Positions 17,557-26,297 of a stretch of 32,000 nt of DNA are shown in pieces (position 1 is the stretch's first letter; each line of letters opens with the position of its first letter). The notes beneath the pieces were generated by a model. It saw nothing but the letters and a program-made list of their open reading frames with translations, did no database searches and was not told the origin of the DNA. The position numbers and the translations under genes were made by a program. The stretch is from Polynucleobacter necessarius (GTDB lineage: Bacteria; Pseudomonadota; Gammaproteobacteria; Burkholderiales; Burkholderiaceae), in contig NZ_LT606950.1 of the NCBI RefSeq assembly GCF_900095195.1, positions 336,164 through 368,163 on the forward strand. Direction: 5' to 3'.

Positions 17557-18999
17557 ATGCGTTACCAATCGACTCGTGGCAATAGCCCACAACAATCCTT
17601 CTTAGAAATTTTGTTGGGTGGGTTGGCGCCAGATGGCGGCCTTTATTTGCCGACGCATTACCCGCAAGTTGCCCCTACTCAGCTGGACTCTTGGCGTGGA
17701 TTGTCCTATGCGGATTTGGCCTATGAGGTCTTGAGTCTGTATTGTGATGACATTCCTGAAGCAGATTTGCGTGCTCTTTTACGCAAAACCTATATCGAGC
17801 AAGTTTATTGCAACGGCCGTCCACAAGATAATGCTAAAGACATCACCCCTTTACATTGGTTGGGTGAGGAGCGGGGCACTCGTATCGGTTTATTAAGCCT
17901 TTCGAATGGCCCAACTTTGGCATTCAAAGATATGGCGATGCAATTGCTTGGCAATCTTTTTGAATACGCATTAAAACGCACCGGTCAGAATCTCAATATC
18001 CTGGGCGCTACGTCTGGTGATACAGGTAGCGCTGCTGAGTATGCCATGCGTGGTAAAGAGGGTGTCCGCGTATTTATGCTTTCGCCTCGCGGCAAAATGA
18101 GCGCCTTCCAATCGGCTCAGATGTATTCATTGCAGGACCCTAATATTTTTAATCTGGCAGTTGCTGGCGTCTTTGACGATTGTCAGGATATTGTGAAAGC
18201 GGTGAGTAATGATCCCACTTTCAAAGCCAAGAATCAGATTGGTACCGTGAACTCCATTAACTGGGGTCGAGTAGTCGCTCAGGTGGTGTACTACTTCCAG
18301 GGGTATCTGCTGGCGACAAAATCTAGCTCCGAAAAAGTTTCATTTACTGTGCCCTCTGGAAACTTTGGCAATGTTTGTGCTGGCCATATTGCCCGCATGA
18401 TGAGTTTGCCGATTGAGCATCTTGTGGTGGCCACCAACGAGAATGATGTTCTGGATGAATTCTTCCGTACCGGGGTTTACCGTGCACGTAAGTCTGCCAA
18501 GACATTGCACACCTCAAGCCCATCCATGGATATCTCCAAAGCAAGTAACTTTGAGCGGTTTGTTTTTGATTTTATGGGTCAAGATGATAACGCTACTGCT
18601 GCAATGTTTAAGCAAGTTGATACTACCGGTGGCTTTGATATTTCCCAGGAAGCTGTATTCAAAGATCTCGGTAAATACGGTTTTCAATCTGGACGAAGCA
18701 CACATGCAAATCGTCTCGAAACGATTCGTGATATCGAGAGTAAGTACGGTATCATGATTGATACGCATACAGCAGATGGTGTAAAAGTTGCTCGCGAGCA
18801 CTTGCAAGCAGGCGTCCCAATGCTGGTTCTAGAAACGGCTTTACCAATTAAGTTTGAAGAAACGATTCAAGAGGCATTAGACTGTCCCGCTGAATGCCCG
18901 CCTGCATTCAAAGATATCAAATCAAAGCCGCAGCGTGTGGTCAATATTGATGCCGATGTCAATCAGGTTAAAGAATTTATAACAACACACGTTGGTTAA
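17557..18999 (+). CDS. thrC: Threonine synthase (long form)
   Basis: 480 aa. MRYQSTRG..., PLP-Lys region PTLAFKDMAMQ, and SGNFGN motif. Confidence 0.95.
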   Translation: MRYQSTRGNSPQQSFLEILLGGLAPDGGLYLPTHYPQVAPTQLDSWRGLSYADLAYEVLSLYCDDIPEADLRALLRKTYIEQVYCNGRPQDNAKDITPLHWLGEERGTRIGLLSLSNGPTLAFKDMAMQLLGNLFEYALKRTGQNLNILGATSGDTGSAAEYAMRGKEGVRVFMLSPRGKMSAFQSAQMYSLQDPNIFNLAVAGVFDDCQDIVKAVSNDPTFKAKNQIGTVNSINWGRVVAQVVYYFQGYLLATKSSSEKVSFTVPSGNFGNVCAGHIARMMSLPIEHLVVATNENDVLDEFFRTGVYRARKSAKTLHTSSPSMDISKASNFERFVFDFMGQDDNATAAMFKQVDTTGGFDISQEAVFKDLGKYGFQSGRSTHANRLETIRDIESKYGIMIDTHTADGVKVAREHLQAGVPMLVLETALPIKFEETIQEALDCPAECPPAFKDIKSKPQRVVNIDADVNQVKEFITTHVG

Positions 19000-19038
19000 A
19001 TATCGAGCTCAGAACTTGAACAAATTCACAAGGTGATC

Positions 19039-20168
19039 ATGGCAGTAAATAAGCCCCCAATGTTGACAGCGCAGCAGGCTTTAGATCATTTGATTTCACA
19101 TGCAAATCCTGTAGTGCAGAGTCAAAAGGTAGCTACTCAAGAGGCGCTCGGTCGAGCGCTCGCTGAAGATGTTGTGAGCTTGGTAGATGTTCCTCCATTG
19201 GACAATACCTCAATGGATGGTTACGCGGTCCGAACAGCGGATACCTTAACATCGGGCCAAATCTTGAAGGTTGCGCAGTCCCAGACGGCTCTACCGATTT
19301 AGTTCAAGTTATATCGTTCCAACATTGGGTCAGTGGATTCGTCGTCGTGGCGAAGATTTAACGGCAGGCAAAGCCGCATTAACCGCTGGCACGTTTTTAC
19401 GGCCTCAAGAGTTGGGCGTTGCTGCATCTGCGGGCCAAACCCATTTAAATGTAAAGCGCCGAGTAAAAGTGGCAGCGTTTTTTACGGGCGATGAGTTGGC
19501 CTTGCCAGGTGCACCCCTCAAACCAGGCGGCATCCTACAACTCGAATCGCGATACCTTGCTGGCATGCCTGAAATTATTAGGCTGTGATGCTACTGATTT
19601 AGGAATTGTCCCCGATCGATTGGATGCAACGCGACAAGCACTTCGTAATGCGAGTAAAGATCATGACTTGATCATTACCTCTGGTGGGGTATCCGTGGGT
19701 GAAGAAGATCATATAAAGCCTGCTGTGACTGCTGAGGGACGTTTGGGTCTTTGGCAAATTGCGATTAAGCCCGGAAAGCCGTTAGCCTTTGGTGCCGTTC
19801 GAAAGTCAGATGAGTCGAAAGATGGTGAAGCGTGGTTTATTGGCTTGCCTGGCAATCCAGTTTCGAGCTTTGTCACTTTCTTATTATTTGTGTGCCCATT
19901 TATTTTGAAGCTTCAGGGTCGTGATGTAAAAGCGCCACACTCGTATTTCATGCGGGCTGATTTCGACTGGCATAAGGTGGATCGTCGTAATGAATTTTTA
20001 CGCGTTAAGCTTAATGCCCAGGGCGGACTGGATTTATTTCCCAATCAAAGTTCCGGGGTGCTGACAAGTGCCTCTTGGGGAGATGGTCTGATTGACTGTC
20101 CACCTGGACAAGCCTTTAGTTGCGGCGACCTTGTGAAGTACATCCCCTTTGATGCGCTTCTAAAGTAA
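19039..20168 (+). pseudogene. moeA: Molybdopterin molybdenumtransferase MoeA, multiply disrupted
   Basis: MoeA sequence is spread over three or four frames. Piece 1: ...PPLDNTSMDGYAVRTADTLTSGQILKVAQ in frame 1, stop at 19302. Piece 2: a short PDGSTDLVQV piece in frame 0. Piece 3: IVPTLGQWIRRRGEDL...FFTGDELALPGAPLKPGGI in frame 2. Piece 4: YNSNRDTLLA...SGGVSVGEEDH...GLPGNPVS... in frame 0 to 20168. About 40-50 codons between the MDGYAV region and the GQWIRRRGED motif are missing relative to E. coli MoeA. Confidence 0.85.
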
Positions 20169-20186
20169 TCGGTATACGATTGCCAT

Positions 20187-20354
20187 ATAAAAATCGAACT
20201 ACGATTCTTTGCATCCTTGCGTGAAGCGTTTGGCACTTCGCAGGAAACAATCAATGTACCTGCGACGGTTAAGACGGTTGCTGAGGTCATCATGGTGGTG
20301 CCAACCCCGGATGGGGCTGAAGTAGCCTTTTTTCCACCAGTTACGGGCGGCTAA
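20187..20354 (+). pseudogene. moaD: Molybdopterin synthase sulfur-carrier subunit MoaD remnant
   Basis: My translation, in frame with TAA 20352-20354, is I-KIELRFFASLREAFGTSQETINVPATVKTVAEV|IMVVPTPDGAEVAFFPPVTGG*. It keeps the MoaD N-terminal FASLRE and C-terminal FFPPVTGG signatures. It is only 55 codons against about 81-85 expected, and ATA (20187) replaces the start codon. No ATG, GTG or TTG lies in frame after the moeA stop. Confidence 0.7.
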
Positions 20355-20355
20355 T

Positions 20356-20799
20356 ATGCCAATCCGAATTCAAGAAAATGATTTTGATATTAGTGCAGAG
20401 ATTGCTGCATTACGTCAGGGCGATCCAAGGGTCAGTGCCGTAGTCTCTTTTTTAGGTACGGTACGCGACATCAATGATGGCAGCCAAGTGAAGGGGATGA
20501 CCCTAGAGCATTACCCTGGCATGACAGAAAAAGCTCTGGAGGAGATTATCGCCCAAGCTAAAACTCGCTGGGATATCTATAACACGCTCGTCATTCACCG
20601 CGTTGGCCCCTTATTGCCTGAAGATCAGATCGTTCTAGTTGTAGTCACCAGTGCGCATCGAGGGGAGGCATTTGCTGCTTGCGAGTTCATCATGGACTAC
20701 CTAAAAACAGCGGCCCCATTCTGGAAAAAAGAAGATACCCCGACAGGGGCACGTTGGGTTGATGCCAGAGTATCCGATGATGCCGCGCTAGAGCGTTGA
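20356..20799 (+). CDS. moaE: Molybdopterin synthase catalytic subunit MoaE (apparently intact)
   Basis: 147 aa. ...VSFLGTVRD...LEHYPGMTEKAL...IHRVGPLLPEDQIVLVVVTSAHRGEAFAACEFIMDYLKTAAPFWKKE is canonical MoaE. Confidence 0.9.
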   Translation: MPIRIQENDFDISAEIAALRQGDPRVSAVVSFLGTVRDINDGSQVKGMTLEHYPGMTEKALEEIIAQAKTRWDIYNTLVIHRVGPLLPEDQIVLVVVTSAHRGEAFAACEFIMDYLKTAAPFWKKEDTPTGARWVDARVSDDAALER

Positions 20800-20848
20800 A
20801 AAAAATAACCACCATTTTGTATAACTGCAATCCATGATGAGGGCTTCT

Positions 20849-21643
20849 ATGAAGAAAATATTGGCATTACTGCTTTGTTTAACCACCCTCAGTGTTTATG
20901 CAAATACGGAGCGCCCTATCGTGCAAATTGATACTGGCATTTTGCAGGGTACCGTTGAACACAATATGAAGGCATTTAAAGGCATTCCCCATGCCGCTCC
21001 TCCGCTTGGTGAATTGCGTTGGCGTCCGCCTCAGCCTGCCAAATCCTGGGAGGGTACTCGCGATACCAGTCAGTTTGGTGATGTTTGTCCCCAGCCGTAT
21101 GTGAAGAACTTAAGTACTGGTCTTCGTGCACCCGGCAATGAAAACTGCCTGCATTTAAATGTATTTACGCCCACGCAAAACGCTAAGAATCTGCCAGTGA
21201 TGGTTTGGATTCATGGGGGTGGTATGTTGGTAGATGGTGCACGAGATGCGCAATTTACCCCAATTAATCTGATTAAAAATGGCGTTATTGTTATCACCTT
21301 TGATTACCGCCTGGGTTCCCTGAGGTTCTTTGCGAGCAAGGAGTTAATTAAGGAAGCAAAAGCTAGAGGTGAGCCTGTTGGTAATTACGGCACGATGGAC
21401 CAAATTGCTGTTTTGAAATGGGTTAAAAAGAATATCGCAGCGTTTGGAGGGGATCCCAATAACGTCACTATTTTTGGTGAGTCTGCTGGGGGACGCAGTG
21501 TTACCTGGTTAATGGTCTCAGATTCAGCTAGAGGGCTTTTTCATCGAGCGATTGCAGAAAGTGCTCAGCAAAGTCCACTGCGTGGCTTGACTCAAAAACA
21601 TTTGGGAATGACGCCGCAGGTTGATATCGATGCTAAGGCGTGA
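20849..21643 (+). pseudogene. Type-B carboxylesterase/lipase, 3'-truncated
   Basis: Signal peptide MKKILALLLCLTTLSVYA, then FKGIPHAAPPLGELRWRPPQP...CLHLNVFTP...MVWIHGGG...FGESAGG, the nucleophile elbow. The ORF stops after about 264 aa, roughly half the usual 500-550 aa. A short out-of-frame piece (MKELRSLPNAS) follows, and then a terminator. Confidence 0.75.
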
Positions 21644-21734
21644 AGACAATGAAAGAGCTGCGCAGCCTCCCAAATGCTTCATTTACGAGAAATTTTTGCG
21701 CTAGAGCGTTTAAAGGATGCTTTTTAATACTGAA

Positions 21735-21761
21735 CAAATCACCCTTCGGGGTGATTTTTTT
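21735..21761. terminator. Rho-independent terminator between convergent genes, probably bidirectional
   Basis: aaatcaccc-ttcg-gggtgattt is a 9-bp stem with a tetraloop, followed by ttttt on the plus strand. It lies 8 bp beyond the stop of the minus-strand GIY-YIG gene. Confidence 0.7.
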
Positions 21762-21768
21762 ATGTAGA

Positions 21769-22014
21769 TTAACGAAGGCTGAAAAATGCCAGTTTTTGAT
21801 CTCTGGGCAGACCCTTTAACTTCGCTTCCGCCTTCGAAGCTTCTGAGCGATTGGGGTGCTCTTGAGTGGCTAGAAGAGTGACTGGCCTGCGTGAGCGTGT
21901 GTAGCGTGCTCCTTCTCCAGAGTTGTGGGCTTCCAGTCGATGTTCCAGACGGTTTGTAATGCCAGCATAGTAGCCGCCATCGGAGCACTCGAGAAGATAA
22001 ACAAGCCAGCTCAA
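21769..22014 (-). CDS. GIY-YIG nuclease-domain protein (UPF0213-type, small)
   Basis: 81 aa with a TTG start. WLVYLLECSDGGYYAGITNRLEHRLEAHNSGEGARYTRSRRPV is the GIY-YIG signature. Confidence 0.8.
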   Translation of the reverse strand: MSWLVYLLECSDGGYYAGITNRLEHRLEAHNSGEGARYTRSRRPVTLLATQEHPNRSEASKAEAKLKGLPRDQKLAFFSLR

Positions 22015-22052
22015 AAATAGATCAAATTCGGTTTAAAAAAGGCTTTAAAAGC

Positions 22053-22080
22053 CTTGAAATTGGCAATATTGCCCCTATAT
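22053..22080 (+). promoter_or_regulatory. Sigma-32 (RpoH) heat-shock promoter of clpB
   Basis: CTTGAAA (22053-22059), a 12-nt spacer, then CCCCTATAT (22072-22080). This matches the CTTGAA-N13/14-CCCCATnT consensus and lies about 40 nt upstream of the clpB ATG. Confidence 0.6.
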
Positions 22081-22120
22081 TCTATAGGCATAAATAAAGA
22101 CAGTATTGAGGCATACAAAA

Positions 22121-24724
22121 ATGAGAATCGATAAATTAACAACTAAATTTCAGCAGGCTTTGAGTGAAGCTCAGAGCATTGCTTTAGCAAAAGATAACCA
22201 ATATATCGAGCCAGCCCATGTGTTACTGGCCATGTTGCGTGATTCGGACGGTGGCTCCAAGAGTCTTTTGACGCGTGCTGGCGTGAATGTGCCTGGCTTG
22301 GAAAAGGGTGTCGAAAAAATTATTGCAAACCTACCAGAGGTGCAGGGCACTAGCGGCGAAGTACAAGTTGGTCGCGACCTAAGTAATTGGTTAAATTTAT
22401 GTGAAAAAGAGGCCAATAAACGCAATGACCAATTTATCGCTGGCGAACTATTTCTATTGGTGGTAGCTGATGACAAGGGTGAACTTGGTAAAGTTGCGCG
22501 TGAGAATGGTTTAAATCGGAAATCGTTAGAAGCGGCTATTGATTTAGTGCGCGGAGGAGAATTGGTGAATAGTGCAGATGCTGAAGGTCAACGCGAGGCC
22601 TTAAAAAAATACACAGTCGACTTAACTGAGCGTGCGCGCATGGGTAAGCTTGATCCAGTGATTGGGCGTGATGACGAAATTCGTCGCACTATTCAGATAT
22701 TGCAGCGTCGTGGAAAAAACAATCCAGTACTCATCGGTGAGCCTGGTGTTGGTAAGACTGCGATTGTGGAAGGCTTGGCTCAACGGATTGTCAACGGTGA
22801 AGTGCCCGAGACGCTTAAGGACAAGCGTGTATTGGTACTAGATATGGCTTTGTTATTAGCTGGCGCCAAATACCGCGGTGAATTTGAGGAGCGTCTCAAG
22901 GCGGTTCTCAGCGACGTTGCTAAAGATGAAGGTCAAACCATCATCTTTATCGATGAGATTCACACAATGGTGGGTGCAGGTAAGAGTGATGGCGCGATGG
23001 ATGCTGGCAACATGCTCAAGCCTGCCTTGGCACGTGGTGAGTTGCATTGCATCGGCGCAACCACTCTAGATGAGCACCGCAAATATATCGAAAAAGAGCC
23101 TGCACTCGAGCGTCGTTTCCAAAAGGTGATGGTGGAAGAGCCCAGCGTAGAGGCAACCATTGCCATTTTGCGTGGTTTGCAAGAGCGTTACGAGCTTCAC
23201 CACGGTATTGAAATTACCGATCCAGCGATCGTTGCAGCTGCAGAGTTATCGCACCGTTACATTACTGATCGTTTCTTACCAGATAAGGCTATCGACTTGA
23301 TCGATGAGGCAGGTTCGCGCATCCGCATGGAAATTGATTCCAAGCCAGAGGTCATGGATAAGCTTGATCGCCGCTTGATTCAGCTCAAGATCGAGCGTGA
23401 GGCTGTTAAAAAAGAAAAAGATGAGGCTTCTCAAAAGCGCTTGGCACTGATTGAGGAAGAGATTAAGCGCTTGGGAGCTGAGTACGCTGATTTGGAGGAG
23501 ATCTGGAAGGCCGAGAAGGGCGCTGTTTTGGGTGCTGCTCACCTCAAAGAGGAAATCGAAAAAGTTCGCGCAGAAATTGCTAAGCTCCAGCGTGAAGGCA
23601 AGCTCGAGAAAGTGGCTGAGTTGCAGTACGGCAAGCTTCCAGAGCTCGAGGCGAAATTAAAGTCTGCAACAGCGGCGGAAGCTAAAGGCGACAAAGATGG
23701 TGTCGTTAAGAACAAGCTATTACGAACACAAGTTGGTGCCGAAGAGATTGCAGAAGTGGTCTCTCGTGCAACGGGGATTCCGGTATCGAAGATGATGCAG
23801 GGCGAGCGCGACAAGTTGCTGAAGATGGAAGAGTTGTTGCATAAGCGTGTAGTGGGGCAAGACGAAGCGATTCGTGCAGTTTCGGATGCGATCCGTCGTT
23901 CCCGTGCTGGTTTGGCTGAAGAGAATCGTCCTTATGGATCATTCTTGTTCTTGGGGCCAACTGGTGTTGGTAAGACTGAGTTGTGCAAAGCTTTGGCTGG
24001 ATTCCTTTTTGATAGCGAGGATCATTTGATTCGCATCGATATGAGTGAGTTCATGGAGAAACATAGTGTTGCGCGTTTGATTGGTGCGCCTCCAGGTTAT
24101 GTAGGTTACGAAGAAGGTGGTTACCTAACTGAGCAGGTCCGTCGCCACCCATATAGCGTCATCTTGTTTGATGAAATCGAAAAAGCCCACTCCGATGTCT
24201 TTAACGTCCTCCTGCAAGTGTTGGATGATGGTCGTCTGACGGATGGTCAAGGTCGTACGGTAGACTTTAAGAACACTGTGATTGTGATGACTAGCAATAT
24301 TGGCTCGCATTTGATTCAATCAATGGCCGATAAGAAGCAAGCGGAGATCAAGGAAGCGGTCTTTGAAGAGTTGAAGAATCATTTCCGCCCTGAATTCTTA
24401 AACCGTATCGATGAAATCGTCGTGTTCCATAGATTAGGTAAAGATAGCATCGCCAACATCGCAAAGATCCTACTGAAAAATCTCTCTGAACGCCTAGCTA
24501 GGGTTGATATGCAGTTGGAAGTGAGTGATGCCGCTTTGAGTAAATTGGCTGAAGTGGGATTTGATCCGATCTTTGGCGCAAGACCGCTCAAACGTGCAAT
24601 TCAACAGCATATTGAAAACCCAGTTTCCAAGATGATTCTGGAGGGAAAATTTGGACCCAAAGATGTAGTACCTGTAGATGTGGATAAGAATGGCGAATTT
24701 AGCTTTACTCGCCAGGTTCACTAA
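22121..24724 (+). CDS. clpB: Chaperone disaggregase ClpB
   Basis: [21 protein letters not shown]..., two AAA+ modules (GEPGVGKT and GPTGVGKT) and a long coiled-coil middle domain. ATG 22121 is preferred over the track's TTG 22106. Confidence 0.97.
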   Translation: MRIDKLTTKFQQALSEAQSIALAKDNQYIEPAHVLLAMLRDSDGGSKSLLTRAGVNVPGLEKGVEKIIANLPEVQGTSGEVQVGRDLSNWLNLCEKEANKRNDQFIAGELFLLVVADDKGELGKVARENGLNRKSLEAAIDLVRGGELVNSADAEGQREALKKYTVDLTERARMGKLDPVIGRDDEIRRTIQILQRRGKNNPVLIGEPGVGKTAIVEGLAQRIVNGEVPETLKDKRVLVLDMALLLAGAKYRGEFEERLKAVLSDVAKDEGQTIIFIDEIHTMVGAGKSDGAMDAGNMLKPALARGELHCIGATTLDEHRKYIEKEPALERRFQKVMVEEPSVEATIAILRGLQERYELHHGIEITDPAIVAAAELSHRYITDRFLPDKAIDLIDEAGSRIRMEIDSKPEVMDKLDRRLIQLKIEREAVKKEKDEASQKRLALIEEEIKRLGAEYADLEEIWKAEKGAVLGAAHLKEEIEKVRAEIAKLQREGKLEKVAELQYGKLPELEAKLKSATAAEAKGDKDGVVKNKLLRTQVGAEEIAEVVSRATGIPVSKMMQGERDKLLKMEELLHKRVVGQDEAIRAVSDAIRRSRAGLAEENRPYGSFLFLGPTGVGKTELCKALAGFLFDSEDHLIRIDMSEFMEKHSVARLIGAPPGYVGYEEGGYLTEQVRRHPYSVILFDEIEKAHSDVFNVLLQVLDDGRLTDGQGRTVDFKNTVIVMTSNIGSHLIQSMADKKQAEIKEAVFEELKNHFRPEFLNRIDEIVVFHRLGKDSIANIAKILLKNLSERLARVDMQLEVSDAALSKLAEVGFDPIFGARPLKRAIQQHIENPVSKMILEGKFGPKDVVPVDVDKNGEFSFTRQVH
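22553..22567 (+). promoter_or_regulatory. Candidate internal translation start for the N-terminally truncated ClpB isoform
   Basis: GGAGGAGA (22553-22560) lies 4 nt upstream of in-frame GTG 22565-22567, which is codon 149 counted from ATG 22121. E. coli clpB uses an internal GTG at codon 149 for the short isoform. Confidence 0.45.
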
Positions 24725-24783
24725 GTCTGAACGTACTCATTTAATGCTTTGCAGGAATATTCCTGCACCAGTACACTCGGTAC

Positions 24784-26016
24784 ATGACTGTTGCGCTCGG
24801 TAGGCGTGGCAGTGATGTCCGCTTATTGGTCTCATTAGCCTAGCGCACGGCAGCTCCCATTTCTTTCATTTAGTGCCTCCTCCCATGTTTCCATGGTTGA
24901 AGGATGCCTTTGCATTGAGTTATGCCGAGCTCGGTTTGCTCATGTCTATTTTCTTTGTGACCTCGTGCATTATTCAGGCGGCTTCCGGTTTTCTGGTGGA
25001 TCGTATCGGTGCCAGACCAGTCTTATTTGCGGGGGTAAGTTTGCTGGCATTAGCGGCATTAACGTATTCGCAAAGTACGGGATATTGGATGTTGATTGTT
25101 GGTGCGGTGATTGCGGGATGCGGCAATGGGATTTTTCATCCAGTGGATTACACATTGATTAACCATAAGGTGTCGCAACCCAACTTACCATATGCTTACT
25201 CCATGCATGGAGTAACCGGATATTTGGGTTGGGCTGCTGCACCAGCATTTATGGTTGTATTACCCAATTGTCGGATTGGCGCACAGCTTTTTTATCTGCC
25301 GCCTTATTGGAGGTAATCATTCTGCTCATTCTTTGGGTTAATAAAAGCCAATTGCTGGATAACTTCACGAACGTCATGCCGACAGCCATGCTAGTGTTCA
25401 AGCAGCCAATCCAGGGGCATCTCCAGCGAGCGCCTTTGCCTTTTTGAGGTTGCCGGCTGTTTGGTTGTGTTGGGTGTTCTTCTTTTTTAGTATGGTACCG
25501 ACCTCGAGTTTGCAATCCTTTGCGCCGAGTGCGCTATTTACCATTTACCTAGTGCCGTTAAGTATTGGTAGCTATTACATTACGTTATTGGCATTAGGTA
25601 GCGCAGGTGGCGTTTTATTTGGTGGATTTCTGGCGGCAAAATTGCAGGCGCCAGAAAAAATTGTTTCCACATGCTTATCTATTACAGTGCTCCTGTGCAT
25701 TGCGCTGGCTACTGGATTTATCGCGTCCGATCTCATTCCGATTATTTTCTTTGCACTTGGTTTTGGATATGGTGTGGTGGCACCGTCTCGTGATTTGTTG
25801 GTAAAAAAGGCGACGCCACAAGGTGTGGCTGGTCGTGTTTACGGCATTGTGTACTCAGGTATTGATTTAGGTGCTGCTGTAGGCCCATTTATCTTTGGCT
25901 TATTCATGGATGCAGGCTTACCTAAGGCACTATTTATTGGTATCGTCCTATTCCAATTGATGATCATCCCGACCGTATTCAAGGTCTCATCGGATATTGC
26001 CCCAAAGGCTAAGTAA
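24784..26016 (+). pseudogene. MFS transporter with three frameshifts
   Basis: The reading path is as follows. ATG 24784 gives MTVALGRRGSDVRLLVSLA* in frame 1. Frame 0 continues with LISLAHGSSHFFHLVPPPMFPWLKDAFALSYAELG...AAPAFMVV. Frame 2 continues with ITQLSDWRTAFLSAALLEVIILLILWVNKSQL... Frame 1 finishes with ASAFAFLRLPAVWLCWVFFFF...TVFKVSSDIAPKAK*. Each piece is hydrophobic and MFS-like, and each junction is a -1 frame step. Confidence 0.8.
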
Positions 26017-26092
26017 TCTCTTTGATAGATTTCATAATATGAAACATCATTACACTGCGTAAAATGCGGGGCCCCACTTAGCCGAAGAGTAG

Positions 26093-26124
26093 ATTTTGTG
26101 AAATGAATCAATATTTCACAAAAT
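26093..26124. promoter_or_regulatory. Perfect 12-bp inverted repeat (operator-like) upstream of aceA
   Basis: attttgtgaaat-gaatcaat-atttcacaaaat lies about 175 bp upstream of the aceA ATG, in an AT-rich 281-bp spacer. Confidence 0.4.
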
Positions 26125-26297
26125 AAGAATTTGTTTCTAAGTAACTGAATTTATTCGGTTAAATAATTTTCAAAAAATCTGATATTCCCCTTTCTGAGTT
26201 TTGATAAGCCTATAAACTCTTATATAAGACATAAGACTTAAATGGTCTAAAACGTCGTCCAATTTTGAAGTATTTGTTTAACTTAGGGAGAAATAAC

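Noticed and set aside
19033-20168. The three moeA ORF fragments (19033..19302, 19271..19588, 19491..20168) as separate functional genes or a programmed frameshift
   Set aside because: The fragments cut through conserved domains, a ~40-50 codon block is missing, and no slippery heptamer or stimulatory structure is evident at the junctions. Pseudogene is the economical reading.
21769-22014. GIY-YIG ORF as a homing endonuclease or mobile-intron marker
   Set aside because: It is only 81 aa, the UPF0213 type with the catalytic domain alone. It has no DNA-binding extension, no interrupted host gene and no flanking repeats.
22106-22120. Upstream TTG starts given in the ORF track for clpB (22106), rpsF (1816), and the esterase (20834)
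   Set aside because: In each case the downstream ATG matches the conserved protein N-terminus and has a better-spaced Shine-Dalgarno sequence.
26097-26120. TGTGA...TCACA within the aceA upstream repeat as a CRP-binding site
   Set aside because: The half sites are separated by 14 nt, not the 6 nt of the CRP consensus. Canonical CRP regulation is also not expected in Burkholderiales.
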